NCBI GenBank assembly: GCA_038251095.1
Contig: JBBSBQ010000018.1
Location: 159-64,158, forward strand
Length of the DNA stretch: 64,000 bases
DNA from: Hyphomicrobiales bacterium
GTDB lineage: Bacteria; Pseudomonadota; Alphaproteobacteria; Rhizobiales; Aestuariivirgaceae
Reading direction: 5' to 3'
Position 1 is the stretch's first letter, and every line of letters starts with the position of its first letter. Of this stretch, positions 1-9,593 are shown piece after piece. The notes below the pieces were generated by a model. The model was given only the letters and a program-made list of their open reading frames with translations, ran no database searches and was not told the DNA's origin. The translations under genes were made by a program, and so were the position numbers.

Positions 1-360
1 TAACAGGGGATCTTCGGCTTCAACCATGACCTTCCCGTCAACGATATCCGGCCCGATATCGATGCCTTCCTTGTAGGTAGGAATACCATTCTGCAGGGGA
101 AACCAGCCGCGATAGACATTCTTCTGGCCATGATCAAAATCCCACAGCCACAGCTTGCGGATTTCCTTTTCGGGCAGGGAAAATAAACGAAGCAGAAATT
201 TTCGCCGCTCCGCCGTGAGGCTTGCAGAAGCGGGCAGCCCGCTGATGGTCAGAAACCCGGCCGTCGTTGCGGCGTGGAGAATTGCGGCATCCACGGTCTT
301 TTGCTAAGCGCGGTCATCTGCGAAAAGCGCTGATACATCTATTTTGGGAATATCCACCAT
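1..360 (-). pseudogene. 2OG-Fe(II) oxygenase (isopenicillin-N-synthase-like), N-terminal part; runs off the window start; in-frame TAG at 304-306
   Basis: My own minus-strand translation from ATG 358-360 gives MVDIPKIDVSALFADDRA*QKTVDAAILHAATTAGFLTISG...FSLPEKEIRKLW...YRGWFP. This is the typical N-terminal pattern of this oxygenase family. The frame is open to position 1 apart from the single TAG. Confidence 0.45.
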
Positions 361-502
361 GCAGCAAGCGTTGCACTTTCCTGAAAACGAGTCCACCTGA
401 AAGACCATGATCCACTTGAACGCAAGTCATCCCTTCTTGCATAGCGGCCTGCGACAACCTATTTCAAATTCAACTAGAAATTGAACGTGGACAAGGTGGC
501 CG

Positions 503-1396
503 GTGGACCGAGGCGGACAAGACGATCTGGTGGAGGTCCGGCGCAGCGCCAGGCGCAACGAGGCTGAACAATACGCCTTGGTCCTTACCGCCATGGGCAT
601 TCAGTCGCTGATTGCGCCAGAGGGGAAATTCACGACGCTGTTTGTCGCGCACCGGGATGCCTCAAGAGCCAATGAAGAACTCGCGGCCTATGACAGCGAG
701 AACCGCCAGCGCCCGCCAGAGAAAGTCTGGCGGCGTCCTCCGTTGCCGCGTGTCGAGGTGGCAATGGTCTACTGGACCGTGTTGCTCTTCTTTTTTGCCG
801 CTGCGCGCCACGAGACCTTTTCTTTTGACTGGATCAGTGCGGGGGCGGCCCAGACAGGGTTGATGCTCAACGACGAGTGGTGGCGCGCGGTCACAGCACT
901 GTGCCTGCACCAGAGCGGCGCGCATCTTCTCGGCAATCTCGTATTCGGCACGGTCTTCCTGATGCTCCTGTCGCAAGTCACCGGCGCTGGTGTCGCCGCC
1001 CTTGCAATGATCGCTGCCGGCACTGCCGGCAATGTCCTGAGTGCCCTCGTGCGGTCACCGGAGTACACCTCGATTGGCGCCTCCACCGCCATATTTGCGG
1101 GCATCGGCCTGCTGTCGGCATTGCGGCTGATCAGGCGCCAGCATTTTGACTTTTCAGTGCTTCGCAACTGGACTCCGGTGGCCGGCGGACTGGTTCTCCT
1201 GGCATTTCTCGGCTTCAGCGGGGAGAACACCGACGTTCTTGCCCATGTGCTGGGCTTTGGCTCAGGTATTGCCGCCGGTTTGCTGCTTGCAAGATGGGAC
1301 CATGACTGGACCCTTGACCGGGGTCTGCAGTGGACATGCGCAGGCATTGCCGGCGCCGTCGTGGTTTCCGCCTGGGTTGCGGCAGCCCTATCCTGA
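503..1396 (+). CDS. rhomboid family intramembrane serine protease
   Basis: Polytopic membrane protein carrying HLLGNLVFG and GASTAIFAGIG (GxSx catalytic Ser) motifs. GTG start. Confidence 0.75.
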   Translation: MDRGGQDDLVEVRRSARRNEAEQYALVLTAMGIQSLIAPEGKFTTLFVAHRDASRANEELAAYDSENRQRPPEKVWRRPPLPRVEVAMVYWTVLLFFFAAARHETFSFDWISAGAAQTGLMLNDEWWRAVTALCLHQSGAHLLGNLVFGTVFLMLLSQVTGAGVAALAMIAAGTAGNVLSALVRSPEYTSIGASTAIFAGIGLLSALRLIRRQHFDFSVLRNWTPVAGGLVLLAFLGFSGENTDVLAHVLGFGSGIAAGLLLARWDHDWTLDRGLQWTCAGIAGAVVVSAWVAAALS

Positions 1397-2461
1397 TGAG
1401 GTTTGCAGAAACTGCATAAGATTTGATTCAGCCAAACTCAGGTTGCGCTTTCTTGGAGCGTCTTCGATATGCTCAAGCTCGCCTTTTTCAAAGCTCTCAA
1501 TGATCCGCGGATGGATGTAGCTTTTTCTGGTTACTGCCGGTGTGTTGGCAAGTTCTGTGCTGATTTTCCGTGCAACAGCCGCAACGGCGCGCCGTGCCGC
1601 AGCTGTTGTGTCCGGGTGTTCCAAACCCTGAAACTCGTTCAGCGCCACGGAAGATGCAAACAAGGTTCGAAAGTCCTTGGCGGTGATGGGTTTGCCCGAG
1701 CTTTGGGCAAGATATTGATTGAGGTCTCCCGCCGTCATGGGCCGGAAGCCATCGCTTGTTTTCAGTTTGAAGAGCCGCACCCCTGGATAAGTGCGGAGCT
1801 CTTTCAAGGCAGCGATAAGCAAGGGATCGCCACAGCTTTTCTCGATGTGTTTTCCACCCTTGCCGCGGAAGGCCAGATGAAAGCCATCGCTTTCCATTTT
1901 CAGGTGGCGCTTCAGCAGGGTTGAAACCCCTCTTCCGCCTTCGTCGCCCGCATAGGCCTCATGCCCGGCGCGCAGATGCAGGAGATCAACGATGCGGGCC
2001 GCAGCCGCCAAGGGCATATTCGCTGTGCCCTCGGTCAGGTCGCGCTTGATGCATGTCCGCAGGCGGCCCAGCACACTGCCGATTTGCGTAAGGCGAAAGG
2101 CCTTCGCGGCCGCTCTGACTTCAACCCATTCCGGATGGTAAATATATTGCAAACGTCCTGCCGCATCCCGTCCCACCGCCTGCAAATGCGCGTCTTTTTC
2201 AGTCGCAATGCGGACATCCGACCACGCCGGTGGAATGACCAGTTCAGCAATTCTTTTCAAATTGGAGCGGGAAATGCTGCGCTTGCCGTTATCTATATAG
2301 GAAAAGCTGGCGCCATTTTTCGAGCGCTTGATGCCGAGTTCGTTCGCCGTAATGCGGCGGATTCCTAGGAATTCGATGGCATTTCCCTCAACTGTCCCCG
2401 GTTCGTCCAAGCTTGCCACAATAGTCCCTCCGGCCGGAGCCCATAGCCCCACCCCTCCCAC
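1388..2461 (-). CDS. DNA topoisomerase IB (bacterial poxvirus-like type)
   Basis: Family-typical motifs: VIPPAWSDVRI, LRAGHEAYA, ITAKDFRT and a C-terminal RKSYIHPRI region with the catalytic Tyr. Confidence 0.8.
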   Translation of the reverse strand: MGGVGLWAPAGGTIVASLDEPGTVEGNAIEFLGIRRITANELGIKRSKNGASFSYIDNGKRSISRSNLKRIAELVIPPAWSDVRIATEKDAHLQAVGRDAAGRLQYIYHPEWVEVRAAAKAFRLTQIGSVLGRLRTCIKRDLTEGTANMPLAAAARIVDLLHLRAGHEAYAGDEGGRGVSTLLKRHLKMESDGFHLAFRGKGGKHIEKSCGDPLLIAALKELRTYPGVRLFKLKTSDGFRPMTAGDLNQYLAQSSGKPITAKDFRTLFASSVALNEFQGLEHPDTTAAARRAVAAVARKISTELANTPAVTRKSYIHPRIIESFEKGELEHIEDAPRKRNLSLAESNLMQFLQTSSG

Positions 2462-2642
2462 AACCTATAAACAACTCATCAAAGAAAGGTTCCCATTGAA
2501 GGGAAACTCAAAGGACGCCAGGAATTTCGGTTGAACGATTAACGCTAGGTTAATCACGTGCAGACGTTGATTCACCGGAGCTGATGGTTCCAGCCCAGGT
2601 ACTAAGCGTGTCGCTCGACAAAGCCCCTGACTTTCAGAACCG

Positions 2643-2888
2643 TCATTCCGCCTTCAGGCCGAGACCGCTCGCGGCGGCCACGATCCTTCCCGATGCCGCC
2701 GGGTCGTCAACGAAGGCCTCACGCGCCTTCCGGAACGCTTCCGCTGCAAACTCAGCCTCACCCAGCACGACGCGCGAACGCATGAGGCTGATCCAGCCGT
2801 CAACGTCCCGGGGAGAACTCTCCAGGCGTTGCGCCAGTCCATCGACCATCGAGCGGATTGCGGCGTCCTGCTCTTCCCCGGGCACCAC
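2643..2888 (-). CDS. CcmI/CycH-like C-terminal TPR module, in the same frame as 2919..3638
   Basis: The sequence AAIRSMVDGLAQRLESSPRDVDGWISLMRSRVVLGE matches the canonical CcmI C-terminal module. It is separated from the upstream ORF only by TAA at 2919-2921. Confidence 0.5.
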   Translation of the reverse strand: MVPGEEQDAAIRSMVDGLAQRLESSPRDVDGWISLMRSRVVLGEAEFAAEAFRKAREAFVDDPAASGRIVAAASGLGLKAE

Positions 2889-2918
2889 GCCGGGCAGGGA
2901 CGCGGTTGTTTCTGAATT

Positions 2919-3638
2919 TTAATGTCCGGAGGCTTTCGCCCTGGCCTCCTCAAAGGAGAGCTTGAGTTCAGCGGAACCTGGATCGAGTTTCCATGCCCTA
3001 CCAAAGGCTGCAGCAGCCTGTTCATAGCGCTCCGTATGAAAATAGGACCACCCGAGCATGCGCCATCCCTCAATATCCTGCGGCATGGTCTCGAGCCGAG
3101 TCGCCAGCCGTTCGGTCATCGCGTTCACATCGGGCAGGAGCTCGCCGACTGCCGCCTTGGACGGCGGATTTTCAGAGCCAATGGAACGCGCGTAATCCGC
3201 AAGCCGCGCAAGCATTTCACCATCGGGCTCCGAGAACGCGATTGCATCCTGTGAGCCTATTGCCTCCGGCGCACTCCTGTCATAAGAAACAGCCGCGCCG
3301 ATGCCTGACACAAGCAGGAAGGTCGCGGAAACGAGCAATAGTCTTTGCAGGTGGCCTTGAATGCCTTTGCCGGATCCCCAGTGCGGTGACGGCAAGCGGG
3401 AGAGGAGAGCAAGCCGCGCTGCGTCTGCTTCCGCGTCGGTGAGTTCTCCACTCTTTAGCCGCGCGCCGATATCTTCCAGAGAAGCTCGGTAGTTCTCCAA
3501 GTCGCGCTGCTTCCGCAAGCCCCTTGTCCCCATCAGAAAATGCAGCATAACTGGTATTGCCAAGGCAACAAAAAGCCAACCAAAAAAGTCAAAGACATCT
3601 TCCCCTCCCAGACTTCCAATGAAACTGTTCCTTCTCAA
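2919..3638 (-). CDS. CcmI/CycH-like cytochrome c maturation chaperone (two TM helices plus TPR)
   Basis: Two N-terminal TM helices flank a charged loop (YRASLEDIGARLKSGELTDAEADAARLALLSRL). A TPR-like module follows (MTERLATRLETMPQDIEGWRMLGWSY). The TTG start overlaps the upstream stop (TTGA). Confidence 0.6.
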   Translation of the reverse strand: MRRNSFIGSLGGEDVFDFFGWLFVALAIPVMLHFLMGTRGLRKQRDLENYRASLEDIGARLKSGELTDAEADAARLALLSRLPSPHWGSGKGIQGHLQRLLLVSATFLLVSGIGAAVSYDRSAPEAIGSQDAIAFSEPDGEMLARLADYARSIGSENPPSKAAVGELLPDVNAMTERLATRLETMPQDIEGWRMLGWSYFHTERYEQAAAAFGRAWKLDPGSAELKLSFEEARAKASGH

Positions 3639-5299
3639 AACTTTCTGCGAAGCTCCGCGCGGATGCCGAAGTTGTCCTCCTCGCCTTCGAGGATCTGAAA
3701 TGTCGCATCGGCGCGGAACAGCCAGGCCCGGTCGATCGGGACTTGATATCGGGCGCCGAAACCGTATTGCGCGTCCCCGGCGCCAATCCCGTCATCATCG
3801 AAGGCCTGCACCATGGCCATTTCGAAAACGAGTTGCTCGTCCAGATCGAAGAGATACTGCAAACCAATGGCGCCGCCCCAGGCATTGGAGCCGCTGTCGT
3901 CAAGTTTCGGGTAGCCGGTCAGGGCATCAGTTTCGAAGTTGATGCCGACGTTTTTCAGAATGCCCGCGCCATTGCCGTCGACCAGGGGCTGAGGGTTGCC
4001 AAAGCCGACGAAGAAGTTGGCATAGGGCAGCAGCGTGCTGGGCAAGCGTGTGATCAGGCTGTTTTCCGAAACGATTGCAAGCCCATCGTCATCGCCTTGC
4101 GGGTCTTCCCCGAAGTTTGCGAACACGCGGGTCGAGTTTGAAATTGTGTTGGAATAGCGCCGCGTGTAGGCACCTGTCAGGAAGTGTGTCAAAAGTCCCT
4201 CTTGATCGTCGCGGCCATCGATCAGCCCGTAGCCCGTCTCAATATAGCCACTGAAAGCATCGACGAAGGCGGTAGCGCCGAAAAGATTGGAGTTGTTGTT
4301 GTCGTCTCCGTCAGCTCCGATAATTCCGGCATTGTCGACATCATTGAATGCGGCGAACAGTGTGACGTCGAAATTTGCAAGGCCAAACGCCTGCGAATTC
4401 TTTGCCGGAAAAGACACCGCACCACCAAGTATCGCGTCGTTGGCCCAAATGCCGTTCTGCAGGAACAGTGGGAAGAGACCAACTGTGAAAGGCAAATCAA
4501 AGCTGGCCTCCCGCCCGGAAAATCCGGAATAGAGGGAGCCGAAATCACCCTCGAGAAACAACGTCTGCGGCTCGGGATCAAACTCGAAGTTTTCCTTCCC
4601 GTCGCCATCACTGCCACCGAATTCGAAGCGGGTGAATTGATTGTTCTTTTGAAGCGGCGTGAAGAAAGCGTGGATGCGTTCCGTGCCGGTGATCTTGAAG
4701 TCGACGTCGAGGTTCAGCCGCGTCGCGACCTGGGCAATGTCCTTGCCGTTGTTCTTGTTGTAGGCGAGCGCTGTCCGCCAGTCGCCGTAGATGGCAAGCC
4801 CCGGGAGCAGCGGATTTTTTTTGCCCAGCACGGTGCTGCTCTCGTCGTATGCACCGGACGTATATTGCTGGCGGCCCAGCTCAAGCAGCGGGCGTGGTGG
4901 ATCGACCGGTGTTTTGGCGCCATAAACATCGACCTGCCCCTGGGAATTGTAGCTGGTGTCGTACTGCGGGTCGGAGCGGAAAAGATCGCCCTTGCCGTCC
5001 TCGTTGCTGCCGATGTTTTCCCCTGCGCCTGTGGAACCGTCGTCAGACCTTTTTTCGGCACTTGCTTCTGCTTGCTGCGTATCGGCATGATTTTCGGGCG
5101 GGAAGAGTGATTCGCTGGATCTGAAAAGCGCTTGCCACACCCGAACCAATACGTTTCCCTCTTTGGTCTCGCTGCTGCTTGTGCCTGTCGCGGCTTCCGC
5201 CCTGGTATCGGACATCACAAGGCAACCGCAGGTCGCCATTACGGCTATGGCGGTCGATGCCCTGACAAGGTACGCATTACTCAACATACAAAACTCCAA
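3635..5299 (-). CDS. predicted outer-membrane beta-barrel protein (porin-like), function unknown
   Basis: Signal peptide, an acidic/Ser-Gly-rich N-terminal stretch, then long alternating amphipathic sequence. The C-terminus ...FGIRAELRRKF ends in Phe, a typical OMP beta-signal. Confidence 0.6.
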   Translation of the reverse strand: MEFCMLSNAYLVRASTAIAVMATCGCLVMSDTRAEAATGTSSSETKEGNVLVRVWQALFRSSESLFPPENHADTQQAEASAEKRSDDGSTGAGENIGSNEDGKGDLFRSDPQYDTSYNSQGQVDVYGAKTPVDPPRPLLELGRQQYTSGAYDESSTVLGKKNPLLPGLAIYGDWRTALAYNKNNGKDIAQVATRLNLDVDFKITGTERIHAFFTPLQKNNQFTRFEFGGSDGDGKENFEFDPEPQTLFLEGDFGSLYSGFSGREASFDLPFTVGLFPLFLQNGIWANDAILGGAVSFPAKNSQAFGLANFDVTLFAAFNDVDNAGIIGADGDDNNNSNLFGATAFVDAFSGYIETGYGLIDGRDDQEGLLTHFLTGAYTRRYSNTISNSTRVFANFGEDPQGDDDGLAIVSENSLITRLPSTLLPYANFFVGFGNPQPLVDGNGAGILKNVGINFETDALTGYPKLDDSGSNAWGGAIGLQYLFDLDEQLVFEMAMVQAFDDDGIGAGDAQYGFGARYQVPIDRAWLFRADATFQILEGEEDNFGIRAELRRKF

Positions 5300-5356
5300 G
5301 ACACTTTTTTCAAAACCATTGCGGATGCCCGATGGGAAATTCCCGGCTTTTCGGCA

Positions 5357-7177
5357 CTAATCCTTCACTTCAAGTTCCACCGCAAAGGCGTGGAAGTTCA
5401 TGATCCGCTCATTCATGCTTTGCTGCATGTCCTCGGTGGCTCGCACGAAACGCATGAAGTAGATCGGCTCGGACCGGCTCCGCATGCGGAAGGCGAGGCG
5501 GTACTTTCCCGGCTTGGTGATCAGTTTGCCCGGCACCTTGTACTTGGCAACCTTCTCGCCCAGCGGCGGCAGCGAGTGGTTTTCCATGCGCACCAGCGGT
5601 GGATGGTTGAGAACGGTCGTCGGAATCCCCGGTGGGCGCAGATGCGGCAGGGGATCGACGTCGAAATTCACCGGCAGATACATCTCGCGGTCCGTGCCCT
5701 TGACGTTGGTTGTCAGGAACTTTGTCTGGAAGTGCACCAACTGCTGGTCCGTTTTGATTTTGCCGGCCGCGACATCCAGGCTGTGCAGATCGGCCATGTC
5801 GCCATGACTGTCGATATAGCCCGACTCCCAGATGTTCTTGCCGGTGGGATCGATGAGGGCGACATTCACCCAGAGCTGCGGCTGCGCGCCCAGTGATCCG
5901 GACGGCAGGTTATGGCCCGGATTGGTGTTCTTGATCTTGTAGGAGAACGCTAGATCCTTGCCCACCTTCGGTTCACCCAAGATGTCGGGGCCGTCAACGG
6001 AACTGCCGTTTTCCAGAAGCTGCTGCCGGAGCTTGTCGCGCCCGTCTAGCTTCGCGAGGTTCTCGTCGATGAGTAGCCGAGCCTCTTCACGATCAAGCGG
6101 ATCGGCCCAGCGCTTGGGAAACTTGGCCTTGATCTTGCCGTCAGCGACTTTGTCCTCGAACACCGTCGTGCCCCAGCCGGCACGCCAGTCGAACCGCAGC
6201 CAATTCTTCATGCTGACGGATTGTGCCTTCGTATTGTGGGGGAAGATTCCGGGATGGGCGATTGAATAGCCTGGGCCCATGAACCTGTGGTTAGCATGCT
6301 TGCGTCCCGGATTTATTTTCTTGCCGCCCACCTCCGCCGAGGGTGCGGTCGCATAGCCTTTCGCCTTTCCTGGATCCTTGCCCATGTGGCAGTCCTGGCA
6401 GGTGACTCCGGCCTTGCGCGCCGGGCTGTCGCGATACTGCTCCCAGACGATCTCCAACTTGATTCCCAGATTGACGGCAACCTGGTGACAACTCACGCAG
6501 AATTCCGACTTGGTGATCTGGTCGTTTGAGATCATGCCCTTATGGATGTCGTTGCCCCGCCCGTCGGCGCTGGTCTTAACGGAATAGGTTTCCTTGTCGG
6601 CGAGAACGTCTTTGATCACGCTCTTTTGTCCGCTGCCGTAAACCGGCTCGTAAATCTTTCCCGGCTCGATCCGGCGCTCGCCGTTGACCTTGCCATATTG
6701 TTCGCTGACACGGTGGCAGGTTATGCAGGTCACGCCCTCGCGCGAGATCGGACTGTCCGCCCAAAGCGGCGTCTGGCGGGCCTCGCCGAGTTGGATGCCC
6801 ACCTGCTGGTGGCAGCGCACGCAGAAGGTACCCACCGTGCCTTGCGTCAGTTCTTGGAACTTCTGCTCGAATTTGTGGAACATGGGCGAGATCGACGAAT
6901 AGGCATGCTGCGATGAAGACCACTCTTCGTAAATCTGTTTATGGCACTCGCCGCATTTTTCAGCAGTGGGATAAAGGGAGAGCACGTCATCATTGACCGC
7001 GGCAACGGGAACTCCATTGCCGTCCACTGCGGCATCGGCAATGAAGGTTTGCTCGAAAACCGTGCTCATCAACAAAGCGCTCACGAACGCGCAGGAGAGC
7101 AATGAAATGCGGGATAATCTCTTCATTGGCGGCCTAATGGTCTTCAGAGTGGGCCGCCCCATTTTCAATTCGCTCAA
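5357..7177 (-). CDS. periplasmic pentahaem c-type cytochrome with a haem-free C-terminal domain of about 250 aa
   Basis: Signal peptide. Five CXXCH motifs: CGECH, CVRCH, CITCH, CVSCH, CQDCH. Confidence 0.8.
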   Translation of the reverse strand: MSELKMGRPTLKTIRPPMKRLSRISLLSCAFVSALLMSTVFEQTFIADAAVDGNGVPVAAVNDDVLSLYPTAEKCGECHKQIYEEWSSSQHAYSSISPMFHKFEQKFQELTQGTVGTFCVRCHQQVGIQLGEARQTPLWADSPISREGVTCITCHRVSEQYGKVNGERRIEPGKIYEPVYGSGQKSVIKDVLADKETYSVKTSADGRGNDIHKGMISNDQITKSEFCVSCHQVAVNLGIKLEIVWEQYRDSPARKAGVTCQDCHMGKDPGKAKGYATAPSAEVGGKKINPGRKHANHRFMGPGYSIAHPGIFPHNTKAQSVSMKNWLRFDWRAGWGTTVFEDKVADGKIKAKFPKRWADPLDREEARLLIDENLAKLDGRDKLRQQLLENGSSVDGPDILGEPKVGKDLAFSYKIKNTNPGHNLPSGSLGAQPQLWVNVALIDPTGKNIWESGYIDSHGDMADLHSLDVAAGKIKTDQQLVHFQTKFLTTNVKGTDREMYLPVNFDVDPLPHLRPPGIPTTVLNHPPLVRMENHSLPPLGEKVAKYKVPGKLITKPGKYRLAFRMRSRSEPIYFMRFVRATEDMQQSMNERIMNFHAFAVELEVKD

Positions 7178-7425
7178 GAAGAAGGCACTGGCACACTCTT
7201 CAAGATTGATGACAAAGTATGAATCTAAAAAACGGCCATCGTATGTCCGAGCGCTAGCAAAACTATGACGGACATAAAATTCCCGTTCAGAGCATCAATC
7301 GGAAATGATCCGTACAGAGAGAATAGGAGTCGAGAGGACGACATCACTCTCCCGCCAGATTGTCGCCGCAAAACAGACCATGTTTGGAGACGATACTTGC
7401 GAAAAGCCTTGCAGGGGATCAATCA

Positions 7426-8520
7426 ATGGCAATTCATCACCAGATAACCATCGATGGCCGAAGCTTTTTGGCTCCCGATGGCCAGTTGCTGTTGGACGCT
7501 GCCTTGAGCAACGGCATCGAGCTGCCACACGACTGCCGTGCCGGCCACTGCGGTACCTGCTGCGTGCGGCTGATATCCGGTGAAGTGCAAGGCGGCGAAG
7601 GCGCGGAACCGGGCATCGTGCATGCCTGTCAGTTCCGGATCGCCGGCGCCGCGGACATTGCGACTGAACAGCAATCGCGAGTTCGCTGTGTTGACGGCGT
7701 GGTGCATTCATTGCGCCGCCTGTCATCTGAAGTGATGGAGGTCGAAATCAGGATGGAGCAGGCCCTGCCCTATCTTGCTGGGCAATATGCCCAAGTGCGC
7801 TTCAGCGGCTATCCGAGCCGTCCCTTCAGTATTACTCATCCCTTGCGCACCTCGCAAAAGAATCAGAATGGCCGCTCGGTCTGGTTCCATGTCCGGCGCA
7901 TGCGGGATGGGCGCGTCTCCCCGTCGCTTGGAAAGCGAATCAGGCCGGGCCATCGGGTGAAGCTGACCGGCCCTTATGGTTCGGCGCATTTCCGGCCCAA
8001 TCTGCAAAGCCCCTTGATTCTCGTCGCCACCCACACCGGTTTTGCCCCGATCTGGTCTATCGCCGTTGCGGCGCTGCGGGAGAATCCGGAACGCGACATG
8101 ATGATTATCGCCGGTGGCCGTACCCTTGAGTCACTCTATATGTGGCCGGCTCTCGCGCGGCTTGCGACCTTTCCCAATGTCCATGTCGTGCCCGTATGCA
8201 GCACGCCACAGACTTTGATCCAGGCAGTGCAGCGCGGCCGGCCAACCGACTATCTGCCACCCCTGCTGCCGAGCGACGTGCTTTACGCATGCGGCGCTCC
8301 GGGTATGGTCGATGCGATTAAGGAAGTCGCTGCGCGCATTGGCGCGGTTTGCTATGCGGATCCGTTTCTGCCGACCACCGATGACAAAGTCGAAGAAACC
8401 GTTCTGGGCCGCACGACCAAGTGGCTTTCTGCCCTTACGCGGCGGACGGCGGGTTCGGCACAAGCTTATGGGATGGCTGAAGCAAGAGTAAGACGTGAAT
8501 ATCGCTCTCAAAGTGCATAG
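7426..8520 (+). CDS. 2Fe-2S ferredoxin / FNR-family FAD-NAD(P)H oxidoreductase fusion
   Basis: N-terminal plant-type ferredoxin motif CRAGHCGTCC...C. RPFSITHP (RxYS-like FAD site) and a THTGFAP NAD(P)-binding motif follow. The ATG at 7426 is preceded by AGGGGA; the track ORF starts earlier at 7360. Confidence 0.8.
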   Translation: MAIHHQITIDGRSFLAPDGQLLLDAALSNGIELPHDCRAGHCGTCCVRLISGEVQGGEGAEPGIVHACQFRIAGAADIATEQQSRVRCVDGVVHSLRRLSSEVMEVEIRMEQALPYLAGQYAQVRFSGYPSRPFSITHPLRTSQKNQNGRSVWFHVRRMRDGRVSPSLGKRIRPGHRVKLTGPYGSAHFRPNLQSPLILVATHTGFAPIWSIAVAALRENPERDMMIIAGGRTLESLYMWPALARLATFPNVHVVPVCSTPQTLIQAVQRGRPTDYLPPLLPSDVLYACGAPGMVDAIKEVAARIGAVCYADPFLPTTDDKVEETVLGRTTKWLSALTRRTAGSAQAYGMAEARVRREYRSQSA

Positions 8521-9559
8521 CTTTTGGCCAACCGGGTTCAGGTTCAGCATCCGGTTTTCCGTACTTTGTCTCTACGGTTGTTTAATGCTCCTCGGCTTTG
8601 CCGCGGACGGCGCGGTTGCGTCCGATCCGGCTAGGATCGTGGGCGCAAATGCTTGTGCCGAATGCCATAAGCAGGAAGCTGAGGCGTGGAAGGGTACGCA
8701 TCACTTCAAGACCTTCAGTGAAATGCCGCGCAAAGCCCCGGCCAAACAAATTTCGGAAAAGATGGGTCTGCGGCGCATCAAGGCGGAAAGCGTCTGCTTG
8801 AACTGCCATTTCACGGTGCAGCAGAAAAATAACAAGCCGGAAATCGTCTCCGGTATCTCCTGCGAATCCTGCCACGGCGCCGCCCGGGATTGGATCAAGG
8901 TGCACAGCGGGTTCAGCGGCAAGACGGCAAAGACCGAGACCAAGGCCGAGGAGGATGCCCGCTGGAAGCTCGCCGAATCAAAAGGGATGATCAGGCGGCA
9001 CTCGCTCTACCAGCTGGCGAAGAACTGCTACGGTTGCCATGTCGTGCCGCAAGAGGCTCTGGTGAACAAGGGTGGCCACAAGCCCGGAAGCGCTTTCGAG
9101 CTGGTGTCCTGGTCGCAAGGAGAAGTGCGGCACAACACCTGGTATTCCCAAGGCAAGGAAAATGTCGCCGCGAACGCCGCGCGCAAACGCATGCTCTATC
9201 TCGTCGGTCTTGGCGTCGAGCTTGAGACTGGTTTGCGCGCCATCGGAAAAGCGACCGCCAGAAAAACCTACGCCTTTGAAATGGCGAAACGCGTCGACCG
9301 GGCGCGCAAGGAACTCGCCGCCGCAGCGATTGCGGCGCCGGAGGTGCCGGAAATCGCTGAGATGGTCAAATTGGCGCATTCAGCCGGGCTGAGGCTGAAA
9401 AATAACCAGAAGCTGACGGCTGCTGCCGATGGCGTTTCCAAGCTCCTCGTGAACATCACCGCAAAGTATGACGGCAGCACCATGGCCGGGCTGGACGGCT
9501 TGGTTCCCAAATCTGACAAGTTCAAGGGCACGGCGAGAAAAGCGGGCGCAGTCGATTGA
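8495..9559 (+). CDS. periplasmic tetrahaem c-type cytochrome
   Basis: Hydrophobic N-terminus. Four CXXCH motifs: CAECH, CLNCH, CESCH, CYGCH. The start is uncertain (GTG 8495 or ATG 8585). Confidence 0.75.
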   Translation: MNIALKVHSFWPTGFRFSIRFSVLCLYGCLMLLGFAADGAVASDPARIVGANACAECHKQEAEAWKGTHHFKTFSEMPRKAPAKQISEKMGLRRIKAESVCLNCHFTVQQKNNKPEIVSGISCESCHGAARDWIKVHSGFSGKTAKTETKAEEDARWKLAESKGMIRRHSLYQLAKNCYGCHVVPQEALVNKGGHKPGSAFELVSWSQGEVRHNTWYSQGKENVAANAARKRMLYLVGLGVELETGLRAIGKATARKTYAFEMAKRVDRARKELAAAAIAAPEVPEIAEMVKLAHSAGLRLKNNQKLTAAADGVSKLLVNITAKYDGSTMAGLDGLVPKSDKFKGTARKAGAVD

Positions 9560-9593
9560 AAAACCACTGCAAGGGTAATGCGCGGAGGACAGC

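Noticed and set aside
7178-7425. Searched the divergent promoter between the cytochrome operons for FNR/CRP-type (TTGAT-N4-ATCAA) or Fur-type boxes.
   Set aside because: Only a lone TTGAT half-site (7206-7210) and an imperfect ATCAAT-N4-AATGAT repeat are present. That is too weak to call.
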